IMG/VR virus record: IMGVR_UViG_3300033120_000574
Span: 1-64,000 of that record
DNA length: 64,000 bases
Direction: 5' to 3' (one strand)
From: a virus
Lineage: Duplodnaviria; Caudoviricetes
Shown: one piece after another, positions 55,701 to 64,000 of the stretch
Layout: every line of letters begins with the position of its first letter
Position numbering within the stretch: the stretch's first letter is position 1
Translations under genes and position numbers: made by a program
Notes under the pieces: generated by a model
Told to the model about the DNA's origin: nothing
Database searches by the model: none
What the model saw: the letters and a program-made list of their open reading frames with translations, nothing else

Positions 55701-57301
55701 CCAAGCTCATCCTTCCAGCCGGAAGCAATGACTTTCAAAGCGCCAGGCGCATTCTCATCAAAGAAATGCCAAAGGATGCGTGTGTCATGAATCTTACAAA
55801 GAATGTCTATGCCTTCTCTCTTGTAGAAGTGCATATCAAACTTGCAATTTGATACACAAAACCCTGCGTTTACGAAAAAGTTCTTGTTATCCTCTACAGC
55901 GATACAATATTCTCTTGCCTTTTGAAACTTTCTAGAAATACCATCTCGCCCGTTCTTTTGGAACAATGGAGTAATGGATGCAACAGTTTCAGCAAACAAA
56001 GAAGTATCAAACAAATTCCAATCTGCAGTAGCCACAACACTACCAACTGGAGTTTTACGTGCCATGCATGCAGGAATCCAAGGACACAAAAGATCCCACA
56101 CAGGAGTGGGAGATCCACTAGATAGATAAATACGACATACGTCTTCTCCAGCGCCCTCCACATCTCGGTACCGTATAGAGAATCCAAGGTTATTAAGTTT
56201 GTTAGCTAGCGCTTCTCTAAGAGAAGCGGGCACAGTTGATGTAATTACTGGATAATTACCGGATTCTATATGCCCGTCATCACAATACCACATGGCTACT
56301 GCAGGAACGTCTACAGCAGCTATCCAATCAACGTTCAACGATTTTGTTCCAGTTGGTGCCACTGTAGCAAAGATGTCATGAAGTCGCGCGTCAGTGCTGG
56401 TCGTGAACTTAGACAGTTGTCCTGTAGGTTTACCAAAACCTCGATTATTTTTACTTATGACAATCGTTGAAGGACACAAAGAAGACAAGATTGAACGCTT
56501 CCACTCTACATAAGCCAAATCTTCTATGCAATGTGCAATAGTAATGTGAGGAGTTTTAGCTTTCGCTGTTTTCTGCAGTGAAATTGAAGCATCCCCTAAA
56601 AGGGTTCCTAACAGAAAGGAACGAAGTCCAGCAAGGTTAGGCAAAGCAGTTACTACTTTATCTCCTGGCATCAATGAGTCGGCGGTGACGCGACCACGGG
56701 ATGTGATGATTTCATGGTCAATTGTGCAGGACACTACACCTTTTGACGCAAAAGAAATACGAAGCCACTCTTCATTTGGACGAAGATCCCCTTTAAGCCA
56801 ATTAACCACTCTCTTAGATTCGAGTTGTCCTGTCTCCTCATTAAGACACAAGACAGGGCCAGGATGCTTGTCCTTCACCATCTTATCTATCTTCATCTTT
56901 GTACCGTCAGCAAGCAATACTTCTGAGGAGGCATGCATGCAGTTATGCCATATCGTCGATTTAGTCTTATCACTAAAGAACTCAATCAAGTCATCTTTGA
57001 TATCCAGAATATCAATCTGGGCTTCTTGTGGACCTTCTTGAACTGACGCGCTGTGACGCAAGGGTATATAGAAGTGTTGGTCTTTCCAACCAAAGGACAA
57101 GCCAATTACTTCATGGTCCTTAAACCACTGGAAACCTGTTGTTTCAGTATCGCAAGCTACCAGCTTTTGTTGTGCCAGGATTTCGTAAAACGCCTTCCAC
57201 TCCGTAAGAGTATTAACACAGTATAAGTAGGAGTCTCCAATGCTGCGCCAGCAGGTCATTGGTACGTTATTGAATATTTCAGTTGGTAGGTTACTTAGCA
57301 T
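52793..57301 (-). CDS. Family A DNA polymerase (3'-5' exonuclease + polymerase) with two inteins
   Basis: DTETTG; HN|CKFD; YAALD; TGRMSS..PNLQNIP; DYSQIEVR; R..AKRINFGIIYG; VQG|TAAD; VHDE. Confidence 0.95.
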   Translation of the reverse strand: MLSNLPTEIFNNVPMTCWRSIGDSYLYCVNTLTEWKAFYEILAQQKLVACDTETTGFQWFKDHEVIGLSFGWKDQHFYIPLRHSASVQEGPQEAQIDILDIKDDLIEFFSDKTKSTIWHNCMHASSEVLLADGTKMKIDKMVKDKHPGPVLCLNEETGQLESKRVVNWLKGDLRPNEEWLRISFASKGVVSCTIDHEIITSRGRVTADSLMPGDKVVTALPNLAGLRSFLLGTLLGDASISLQKTAKAKTPHITIAHCIEDLAYVEWKRSILSSLCPSTIVISKNNRGFGKPTGQLSKFTTSTDARLHDIFATVAPTGTKSLNVDWIAAVDVPAVAMWYCDDGHIESGNYPVITSTVPASLREALANKLNNLGFSIRYRDVEGAGEDVCRIYLSSGSPTPVWDLLCPWIPACMARKTPVGSVVATADWNLFDTSLFAETVASITPLFQKNGRDGISRKFQKAREYCIAVEDNKNFFVNAGFCVSNCKFDMHFYKREGIDILCKIHDTRILWHFFDENAPGALKVIASGWKDELGRWHKGIVDGAASVKEKQLSEWRTRESRLRRDLFRKLVMAEADIRCKQIEFQHMKRNELKKHIAKELVDHEYAKSGKEDIHYGFIPISLMTEYAALDTYLTYRVYEYCVRNITWTAGLTALYKNEMNLLLALFEAEEHGMRVSRAHLVETGKILDARIEELTTIIKAELGDINLKSVQQLAEALQDKGVKLTKATEATAHLEDDDEGKKYVLDKKVLEKLKSKHEIVKAILSLREVLKTKNTYVDGIFEKISNEDVLHCSFNQNVATGRMSSQDPNLQNIPARNKSIRKAFVPWSDEYIYVFADYSQIEVRLTAHYSQDPLLLDAYRRNQDVHTRTFCEMWGLDVEAVSEILKDENHPMYKEYSLLRGVAKRINFGIIYGVGAPGLSEQIERPSKYKDASDEEWVGICQGYIDQYLDKYVGVRQFVSQGKALVARDLQVTNYFGRVRHLPHANISKVTRDKTLRWMEARAARQGVNFLVQGCQDPNAPVLTTQGYVPLNKLEELGKPPLVTYTGTEENYTVLDTGEKASVEVVTSISTGICSTEHKFFVLDPATMDLEFKSICDLSVGQQVVGLTANVEGGQAKTTEDMAELIGILVGDGSYGIVRGINGTRNKEHIRNVFTVSCGLSKDWAEYVQALVLRVFPQTTPKLRTVVKSTGNINYVVSVENKEAREALLSLGLERVSKLDKVVPSWLQTQPRAIRAAVLRGLMDTDGGLNGQCIGFTNKVKQVAESVQLLLQSLGIQSRLKEDAGYYRVLIRQEHLEAYTQVVIHGLDYKQQHALTHATQKFTKSKLPRELLAAVKQAVSGSSNWLLLTKSERVAVKSLRMNKYTALALLDKVGAVETNLRDLLKLDWATILEINPKGVLPTMDLELHGEDHSYICRGLVQHNTAADLFKVAVVRIRNILKGKKSKLVNFVHDEVQIYMHKSEMDLLPAIKKAMEDWKFAIDIIAEFSYSETSWGDKKSLHF
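53033..54259 (-). mobile_element. Pol intein 2 (409 aa, LAGLIDADG)
   Basis: VQG|CQDPNA...IGILVGDGS...LRGLMDTDG...GLVQHN|T. Confidence 0.9.
55847..56941 (-). mobile_element. Pol intein 1 (365 aa, LAGLIDADG) in the exonuclease II motif
   Basis: HN|CMHASS...LLGTLLGDA...WYCDDG...GFCVSN|C. Confidence 0.85.
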
Positions 57302-57325
57302 TATTATTACCTATAGACTAGTACA

Positions 57326-57955
57326 TTACTTGTACGTCCTTGCTGCAAATATGTCTAATGGGACTTTTCCAGCACGCATGTCATCTGTGATTCGGTCATC
57401 ACCGATGCATGTGTACGATCTACAAGTCATTGGACGTGTAGCATAGATTCCACACTTGTTATTGTCCGTTAGGAATGGGCAACGTTCACCAATCTTACCT
57501 TCCAAGTAGTAAGCATTTTGAGCGTCTTGCATAGGCATACCAACTCTTGCTGCCTGTAGGAAGCTGCTGCCAAGCTGGTTAACTATGTCTGGAGTTATCT
57601 CCACTGCGTTGTCACCAAACAAACCGGAATCGTATTCTTGCTTGGATATGTTTACGGCAAACACAGTACAGCACACAGCAACACAAGTGTCACACGGTGG
57701 AGTCTTGTCTTTTGGTATTGGTGGGTGTGTGTCATACACCACACGCAAATTAACCTGTAACTTAGCTTTCTTGACTGTGTTATCTATTTGCACTTTAGGA
57801 AGCTTGAAAACAGTTGTCTTCGCTTCCGCAGGCAATGGAGACGTGTTCTCATTGGATACAAAAGTACGTGGAAGCTTTCTGGAGGCTTCCATGCTTTGCA
57901 AGTGTGTGGGCTTTAGCAAAGCGATATGTATTGGCTTCTTAAGTATGTCTGTCAT
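57326..57955 (-). CDS. YkgJ-family cysteine-cluster protein
   Basis: CDTC..VCC...CPFL...CGIY.TRP.TCR.Y.C. Confidence 0.8.
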   Translation of the reverse strand: MTDILKKPIHIALLKPTHLQSMEASRKLPRTFVSNENTSPLPAEAKTTVFKLPKVQIDNTVKKAKLQVNLRVVYDTHPPIPKDKTPPCDTCVAVCCTVFAVNISKQEYDSGLFGDNAVEITPDIVNQLGSSFLQAARVGMPMQDAQNAYYLEGKIGERCPFLTDNNKCGIYATRPMTCRSYTCIGDDRITDDMRAGKVPLDIFAARTYK

Positions 57956-58227
57956 TTCTTACCTGTAACGTGACGTGACATCTTTATGCTGGTGGGATCT
58001 TGCTTTAATAGCTTTTTTGTATGGTCACGAGAACGCTTACGTAAACTCTTAGCTTGGTCATCCTTGCTAAGCATAGAATACACAGCAGGCTTGGGAGCAG
58101 ACAGAGTGCTTGCACACAACCTAGAACATGCTGGACAGGCAGCGTCAGAGCTTCCGCCAGACTGGGTCATGTCTTCAAAAGAAGAATCACATGCAGCACA
58201 ATAGTAGTCACGTAAAATCCAAGCCAT
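57952..58227 (-). CDS. FmdB-like zinc-ribbon protein
   Basis: DYYCAAC...FE...CPAC. Confidence 0.7.
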   Translation of the reverse strand: MAWILRDYYCAACDSSFEDMTQSGGSSDAACPACSRLCASTLSAPKPAVYSMLSKDDQAKSLRKRSRDHTKKLLKQDPTSIKMSRHVTGKK

Positions 58228-58663
58228 ATATGCTCCGAATCGCTTGTAGTAAAATGTCTATTTGTGCTGTTGTAGTAACTAGCACACGTTTAGTGAACGG
58301 TTTGCACTTCTTGATGTTTCCAACAGGAATGGTTTCCACTGGAAGAAGTGTATGGATAGCACTTGCTAATCCGTCATTCAAGTCAAGAAAACAGGCAGAC
58401 TTTGAGTCTGTCCAAAGTCTAAATGTCTTGTTTCCATACAGCAACAGCATGTGTGAACTTGCTGCTTTTGCCCACAACACATTTCCTAAGTTCGAGTACA
58501 GGTGAAGGAAAGACTGTGTAGAAGTATGAAACCAACGAGAAGGTAGAATTCCATCATGTTTTACTTTAGAAACAAGGTACTGTAAAAGTACATCGGAGTG
58601 ATTACCACGGGAATAGTAGCCACTCCGAATGTACTTGTATTCATCTTCTAAACTATCGGTCAT
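58208..58663 (-). CDS. Hypothetical protein
   Basis: ORF track; start inferred at MTDSLE. Confidence 0.55.
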   Translation of the reverse strand: MTDSLEDEYKYIRSGYYSRGNHSDVLLQYLVSKVKHDGILPSRWFHTSTQSFLHLYSNLGNVLWAKAASSHMLLLYGNKTFRLWTDSKSACFLDLNDGLASAIHTLLPVETIPVGNIKKCKPFTKRVLVTTTAQIDILLQAIRSIYGLDFT

Positions 58664-58982
58664 CTCCACTACCTTGAAGCGTACCAGCAAGCTTACGTGC
58701 AGCAAGCTTAGCAATGTTCTTTGAAGCTATGGTTTCCATGTCATAGCCAAGTTCACTTGCGCAACTTGCAACGTACCAAAGCACGTCACCAAGTTCCTTA
58801 GCCATGGCAGCCTTAGCTTCTTCTGTTGCTACTCCATTGCAATCACGGATGATCTTCTTAACCTTGTCCGCAAACTCTCCAGACTCTCCACACAAACCCA
58901 AGGCAGTGTATGCAAGGTTGTTACCCTTGTTTGGGTACACCGCAGTGGAAATAGCCATCTCTTGATAATCATTCATCTTCAT
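58653..58982 (-). CDS. MazG-like nucleotide pyrophosphohydrolase
   Basis: LGLCGESGE..DKVKK...KELGDVLWY...NIAKL..R. Confidence 0.9.
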   Translation of the reverse strand: MKMNDYQEMAISTAVYPNKGNNLAYTALGLCGESGEFADKVKKIIRDCNGVATEEAKAAMAKELGDVLWYVASCASELGYDMETIASKNIAKLAARKLAGTLQGSGDDR

Positions 58983-60811
58983 TTTTTATTGCCTTTACGT
59001 AACATGCTGTCAAGAATTGTTAAGGGTTCTTTAACCAAGTCATTCAAGTCGTTGATTACAACGTTCTTTGGATAGTAGTTGACTACGTCATCCGACTGAA
59101 TACCAAAAGCCACAACCTCAACGCCAACTTTTGTAGCAGAGGCTACAACGTCTCGCAAGTGCTGTTGGCAGTCTGCCAGGTTTCCATAACCAGGGTATGG
59201 CATACCGTCGTTGAATACGAACAATATCTTACGTTTCTCTTTACGTTGAAGAAGACGCTGAATGCCATGCTTCACAGATTCTGCGTCTAGAGTGTTTTCA
59301 CGAACGTTCCTAGAACAAGCTGCGAGATGCAGTGCCCCCTGTTCCCAAGGTTCATGGAAATCCCGATAGTAGTGAATCCACAAGTCAGACCAGCGAGAGT
59401 ATAGTTGCTGCTCTTGCTGAGATGGAGACTCCCTAGGTGACGTAGTGGAGTAGCCATACACTGCAAAGGGTATCTTGAGGGCCTGCAAGGCATCTCCAAC
59501 CACAATGGCACTCTTACCAGCAAGAGACAAGCGTCCGCCAGACATAGAGCCTGAGTGGTCGATAGCGAACATTACAGCAGTGTCCAACGTGGACTTATCC
59601 GTAAGTTGCTTGTAAACCCGATTATCAATCCCAAGTGCAGCTTTGTACAACTGCTTAGAGTTGATTTTACCTTCCTCTTTGCCACCTACCCAACGACGGC
59701 GTGATTGTGCACGCAAAGAGTTTACTAGCTTTGTCTTGATTACGGAAGTGAGGGTATTGGCCTCATCTCGGTTTTTCTGCAAAGCTTTGCCATCTTCTTG
59801 CAAAGAAGAACCCCTATTGACCTGCACAATGTCATTCTTAGTTGAATAAACAAGATATGGCTTTTGCCCTGCAATATTGTGAGAGTAGCCACTATTGCTT
59901 GTGTTCTTAGCGCCAGTTCCTCCACTATTTACAATGAGTTGAACTGCTGCTTGTTTGAGTCGGTCACCAAGTGACTTAGGAGAGTCTACTTCTTTCAAAG
60001 ACTCCGCTGAGTTTCCAGGCTTGCTGTCTTTGCCTTTACCCTGGCTTGGCTTGTTTGACTGCTTTCCAGACGCTTCCTGCTCTTCGTCAGATTCGTCACC
60101 ATCGCCATCCTCAGATTCCGAGTCGGATTCATCAGATTCGTTGCTCTCTCCATCATCCTGTTCAGACTCGTCTTCTGATTCGGAGTCTGGAATCAAGTGC
60201 TTCAGCATCTCAAACAGCTTGAGACCAACATCAATGGAGTCTGCAGTAGAGTCCATATCTTTGATGTCAGCAGCTAGGTACTGAATGCAGTCTTGTACTT
60301 GTTGTTTGATCTCTGGAGACTGCACTGCAAGAAACTCAGGCGAGTCATCGCCATAAGTAACATAGTCACCAAAAGCAGTAAGTGCTTGATGAAAAGGTGA
60401 AATGGTTTTCCAGTCCTTTGTCAAAGCACCAAGCAACCACTCACGAGCATAGCGAAGGTTTGATGGTGCACCTGGAAAGAAGTCACCAATGCGTTTTTCA
60501 ATACGCAGGTCTTCTATGGTGTTGACCGCGTCAAACTGATTCTTCGTAAGTTTGCGAGACTTACCTATGTTGAAATCTGTGAACAACACATGGGCTGTTT
60601 CGTGGTCAAGGAAACCTTGTGTTGCACAAAGCAAATCGTTTGGTGCGTCTGGAGGAAGAGTAGGCAAGTAAATGGTTTTGCCATCGGTCTTACATACTCC
60701 GTGCTTCCACACAACACGGATATTAAACTGCTGTGAAAGTAACCGTGCAGTACGTTCAATGGAACGTTCAGCCAAAGCTACCTGTCGTGTCTTTTGAATT
60801 GCAGTGCTCAT
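58979..60811 (-). CDS. CobT-like vWA-domain protein (MoxR partner)
   Basis: HETAH; N.IED.RIE; acidic linker; DHSGSM MIDAS; NDG.P. Confidence 0.85.
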   Translation of the reverse strand: MSTAIQKTRQVALAERSIERTARLLSQQFNIRVVWKHGVCKTDGKTIYLPTLPPDAPNDLLCATQGFLDHETAHVLFTDFNIGKSRKLTKNQFDAVNTIEDLRIEKRIGDFFPGAPSNLRYAREWLLGALTKDWKTISPFHQALTAFGDYVTYGDDSPEFLAVQSPEIKQQVQDCIQYLAADIKDMDSTADSIDVGLKLFEMLKHLIPDSESEDESEQDDGESNESDESDSESEDGDGDESDEEQEASGKQSNKPSQGKGKDSKPGNSAESLKEVDSPKSLGDRLKQAAVQLIVNSGGTGAKNTSNSGYSHNIAGQKPYLVYSTKNDIVQVNRGSSLQEDGKALQKNRDEANTLTSVIKTKLVNSLRAQSRRRWVGGKEEGKINSKQLYKAALGIDNRVYKQLTDKSTLDTAVMFAIDHSGSMSGGRLSLAGKSAIVVGDALQALKIPFAVYGYSTTSPRESPSQQEQQLYSRWSDLWIHYYRDFHEPWEQGALHLAACSRNVRENTLDAESVKHGIQRLLQRKEKRKILFVFNDGMPYPGYGNLADCQQHLRDVVASATKVGVEVVAFGIQSDDVVNYYPKNVVINDLNDLVKEPLTILDSMLRKGNKK

Positions 60812-60933
60812 GATAACCTTGATTTAAATACAACTTCGTAATACAAAAATCACAAGTATTGGAAGTACTAGGAAGAGTAGGATGGCAGGTATTGGATTCC
60901 AGGGACCACGACCATCATCGTTGTATACCTGCA

Positions 60934-61299
60934 TCATTGTTGTAGCTCAAATTGAAGTTGCTGCATGGGAGTAAGCACTCCACCAAGCAGTTTGTGTAGG
61001 ACGAGCATACCATGCTGGCTTAATTTAATTCGGTTTCCTCCGCTTTGAACATGGTGACTTGGAATAGAAGCACAATATCCATGAAACCACTTCAACTGCT
61101 TAGAAGAACCTAGCCAATGTGCTTGCACAGTTTTATTGTTTTGATAGAAAACAAGACGCAATAATACAGGTCCGCCACGGACTGCATCAGGCCAACGAAG
61201 TATCCAGTCTATGTAAGACTCACATGGATTATACTTTGTGCCTTTGCTGACCGTGGCGAACAGTAAATCAAACGCTGTCACCTTTTCGTGGTCAGCCAC
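60934..61299 (-). CDS. Tagged small protein inserted between the AAA+ and vWA genes
   Basis: Ends LTPMQQLQFELQQ. Confidence 0.75.
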   Translation of the reverse strand: MADHEKVTAFDLLFATVSKGTKYNPCESYIDWILRWPDAVRGGPVLLRLVFYQNNKTVQAHWLGSSKQLKWFHGYCASIPSHHVQSGGNRIKLSQHGMLVLHKLLGGVLTPMQQLQFELQQ

Positions 61300-62339
61300 T
61301 TCTTGTCATCCGTGTCTGGAAGTTTGAAATTGCGTTGAATCAAGCTTGCAATGCTGATTGCATCATTAGGTGGAAGCTTATCCAAGAAGCTGTGACGTGC
61401 AGCACGCATTGGATGAGGAAGACGAGTAATCTTCTCCAACCAGTTGATGCCATCACGAACAGTCAAAGGTACAGACATAGTTCCACCCTTGAACGCTTCA
61501 CGAACACTTTGCAGTGTACGGATAACACCAGGAATACAAGCCTTTGCGTGTGGCTCACGAAACATGGATTCCAACACCTTTGTCTCATTCTCCGCTGAAA
61601 TGTAGTCAACCTGGATTACAGTCTTCCAACGGTTCAAGAACGAGAAGTTCTGTACGTTCGTACCTGCAATGTACAGAGACGAATCATCTCCCATACCATT
61701 GGTATTTGCAGTACCCACAATCGCGTTCTGTGGGTGGAGTTCAATGATCTCGTTCGTCTCATGCATGAGAAACTTCAAGTCGCTTGAAACGGCACGCTGA
61801 AGGACGAATGCTGTCTCGGGTGGGCAAGCATCGATCTCATCAAACAACACGATGGTGCCTGGCTCAGTGAAAGCAATTGGAATGAGGCCGTAACGGAAAG
61901 TCATGTCACCGTTGGAGATCTTCCAGTCACCAATCAAGTCACCACGAGACAAGTGACCATCAAAGTTAATTTGAACCACGTTGTAGTTCAAGCGTGCAGC
62001 AACTTGATTGGCCAACTCACTCTTACCCGTGCCCGAATGTCCAACAAGGTAAGTGGTATCGCGTGCTTCCAAAGCTTTCAAGAACTCAATAAGCTCTGCC
62101 TTCTGGAAGATGAAGTGTGGGTTGATCTTTGGAGTAAGCACTCCAGGTTCTGCGAAACCGTTAATGAAGTGATCCTTGTACTTGATGTTACCCTTTTCAT
62201 CAACAACGTCGGATCCATCACTATTCTTTAGTGGTTGTGTCTCCACCTTGAACGTCTCAACAATAGAGAACTTCTTTGTATCGCGGTTAGGACGATGTGC
62301 GATTTGTTCGATTTTAGCAGCTTGCAACATGTTAGTCAT
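61278..62339 (-). CDS. MoxR/CobS/CbbQ-family AAA+ ATPase
   Basis: GHSGTGKS; DLIG; LFDEID; TANTNG.GD; SFLNRW. Confidence 0.9.
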   Translation of the reverse strand: MTNMLQAAKIEQIAHRPNRDTKKFSIVETFKVETQPLKNSDGSDVVDEKGNIKYKDHFINGFAEPGVLTPKINPHFIFQKAELIEFLKALEARDTTYLVGHSGTGKSELANQVAARLNYNVVQINFDGHLSRGDLIGDWKISNGDMTFRYGLIPIAFTEPGTIVLFDEIDACPPETAFVLQRAVSSDLKFLMHETNEIIELHPQNAIVGTANTNGMGDDSSLYIAGTNVQNFSFLNRWKTVIQVDYISAENETKVLESMFREPHAKACIPGVIRTLQSVREAFKGGTMSVPLTVRDGINWLEKITRLPHPMRAARHSFLDKLPPNDAISIASLIQRNFKLPDTDDKKWLTTKR

Positions 62340-62773
62340 AGATCCCAGTCAGTTTTCAGTTGTATTGTTTGTTTAGTTTCGTTTGTTTTGACGTGCTTAA
62401 AATAGTCAGCTGTGCTGTTTAAGCACACTAACGTGGTGTCAGTGTTCATGTGAATCAACGCGCCACTTAATGGAATAGGTAAAGCTTCTAATCCTAAGTG
62501 TCTAGATTCAAACTTCACACCAACACTCTGCAGTAAATCCCTCAGTCGTATTACTGTAGCTTGTATGCTTGCATTGTCAAGACTGTATGCGATCAGCTTC
62601 ACGTTTGAAGGAAAAATCCAATTATCAGGCAAGTCATAGTCATCTCCATGGGAGAACAAGATTACTAACTTGTAATCCCTGGATAGTGCCTCTATTGCGT
62701 CTTCATGCGGAACATCTACTGGTAGCGCGGACGGGTCTTTAACGAAGATCAGTCGGTCCAAGATATTTGCCAT
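62336..62773 (-). CDS. Hypothetical protein
   Basis: ORF track; ends TDWDL. Confidence 0.6.
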   Translation of the reverse strand: MANILDRLIFVKDPSALPVDVPHEDAIEALSRDYKLVILFSHGDDYDLPDNWIFPSNVKLIAYSLDNASIQATVIRLRDLLQSVGVKFESRHLGLEALPIPLSGALIHMNTDTTLVCLNSTADYFKHVKTNETKQTIQLKTDWDL

Positions 62774-63825
62774 TTTGCATACTCCAAAGAGTTGGTGACA
62801 TCTAAACAGTCAAGTAAAGCACTCTTTAGAATATCAGAACCCTCTGGAACAGCAAGCATGTTACCTGGATCTTTATTTTTAGGCCAGTTTTTCATCCAGC
62901 ACACGAAGACTTGGTCAAAGTGCATAAGAAGTTCTTTTGCTGCTTTGATTATTTCCTTCTTAGCATCCTTGCGATCCCAAAACACTGTGACCGTCTTCAC
63001 ACCCCATTCTTTAAGTTTGAATATCTGATCAATCGATATCTTCTTGGAGAATGTAGCGTATGCGTTCATTCCCTGGACACGACGAACTGCAAGAGTGTCA
63101 AGAATGCCTTCAGTTAGAACAGCATGTGTTCCAGTGGGAGGAACGTAAGGCCACAGCGTGCGTACAATCTCAGACTCAGGGCAGACTAGGTACTTGTCAT
63201 GTCTAGGGTATTCAGGGTCAATTACACGTGCTTGCCAACTAACCAAGTCGTTGTTTCCTCCATACACAGGAAAGATCAAACGTCTACCAACGTCGCCACG
63301 CATGTTTCCTTTGGCATCAAATACACGGCACACTTTCTCAGGTACAAAGTGAACACGAATAGCTTTGATTTCTTGTGGAGTCATACCACGGTCGATCAAG
63401 TACTCATACCCAGCAGCGTGTGCAACAGGATCTAGTAGCTTTGCTTCCTCTGGCATCTTGGCCAACTTAATAGGTGTCAAGGAAACTGTAGGCAGTATTT
63501 CCTCTTTAGCCTTACTTAAGAGGTCAAACATAGGGTCGTTTGGTGTCGTGCGCTTGTATTCCTGCAAGAGACGAGCAATCACACGATGGCGTGGAATGTT
63601 CTCCTGTTTGGCTACAAAGTCAAATACATCGAACTTTCCAGACTTGAAACCACACTTAAAGCAGTTCCATTTCCCTTTCTCAGGGTTAATATACAATCTG
63701 TGTTTTGTGTCATCACATACGAAACAACACGCTCGGATTTCTTCGCCAGAAGTGCGCTTCACATCCAAGTGTGTCGTTACATAGTCTTCCCATTCAAACG
63801 CTTCCTGTATGTTTGGAAACAGCAT
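62749..63825 (-). CDS. DNA primase (zinc finger + TOPRIM)
   Basis: CFVC...CFKC; YL.DRG; RLIFPV; TEGILD; WDRKD; KDPG. Confidence 0.85.
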   Translation of the reverse strand: MLFPNIQEAFEWEDYVTTHLDVKRTSGEEIRACCFVCDDTKHRLYINPEKGKWNCFKCGFKSGKFDVFDFVAKQENIPRHRVIARLLQEYKRTTPNDPMFDLLSKAKEEILPTVSLTPIKLAKMPEEAKLLDPVAHAAGYEYLIDRGMTPQEIKAIRVHFVPEKVCRVFDAKGNMRGDVGRRLIFPVYGGNNDLVSWQARVIDPEYPRHDKYLVCPESEIVRTLWPYVPPTGTHAVLTEGILDTLAVRRVQGMNAYATFSKKISIDQIFKLKEWGVKTVTVFWDRKDAKKEIIKAAKELLMHFDQVFVCWMKNWPKNKDPGNMLAVPEGSDILKSALLDCLDVTNSLEYAKWQISWTD

Positions 63826-63826
63826 A

Positions 63827-64000
63827 TCAATCCAATATCAAGTCTCCAACTTGGTCTAGAGACAGTTCGGGTTCATTGTCAGTCGCGTAGTCAGTGTTAC
63901 TAGCACTGCCTGCTTTGTCTTGCAACGAAGAAGATTCGACTGTGCCCTTGTAGAAGGTCATGTGTTCAAAGTCTGTCGTCAACTTGATAGTACGCATGGA
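63827..64000 (-). CDS. 3' end of a gene, probably a replicative helicase
   Basis: ...TIKLTTDFEHMTF then an acidic tail; directly upstream of primase. Confidence 0.4.
   Translation of the reverse strand, partial: SMRTIKLTTDFEHMTFYKGTVESSSLQDKAGSASNTDYATDNEPELSLDQVGDLILD

Noticed and set aside
1-64000. CRISPR array, diversity-generating retroelement or retron
   Set aside because: No regularly spaced direct repeats, reverse transcriptase or template/variable repeat pair seen by eye.
1-64000. Stop-codon reassignment
   Set aside because: Core genes are intact under the standard code, and TAA, TAG and TGA all act as stops.

Overview
64 kb segment of a large tailed dsDNA bacteriophage (standard genetic code, roughly 43% GC by eye). 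It has two convergent arms. The + strand arm (1 to ~23,330) is a dense run of small accessory genes. The - strand arm (~23,360 to 64,000) holds core genes: primase, MoxR/CobS-like AAA+ ATPase with CobT-like vWA partner, MazG, family A DNA polymerase with two inteins, UvsY-like protein, gp32-like SSB, RecA with an intein, SbcCD/Mre11-Rad50, dNMP kinase, ThyX with an intein, Holliday junction resolvase, a few virion proteins, ParB, a DegT-like protein, DenV, a terminase large subunit with a mini-intein, and free-standing homing endonucleases. The main unexplained signal is that about 25 small, otherwise dissimilar ORFs, mostly in translationally coupled tandem arrays, end in the same short motif: approximately [LFI]-[QE]-L-x-x-E-L, 1-8 residues before the stop. 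About 6 more ORFs, including a C2H2/C2HC zinc-finger family, end in a related [LF]-[GAC]-x-[LFY]-E-L variant. Synonymous codon variation indicates the motif is selected as protein, not DNA. This looks like a library of variable domains sharing one C-terminal docking tag (adaptor, degron or targeting signal) for a common partner. Two members, and possibly a third, are frameshifted just upstream of the tag. All calls come from reading motifs by eye; no database searches were run.
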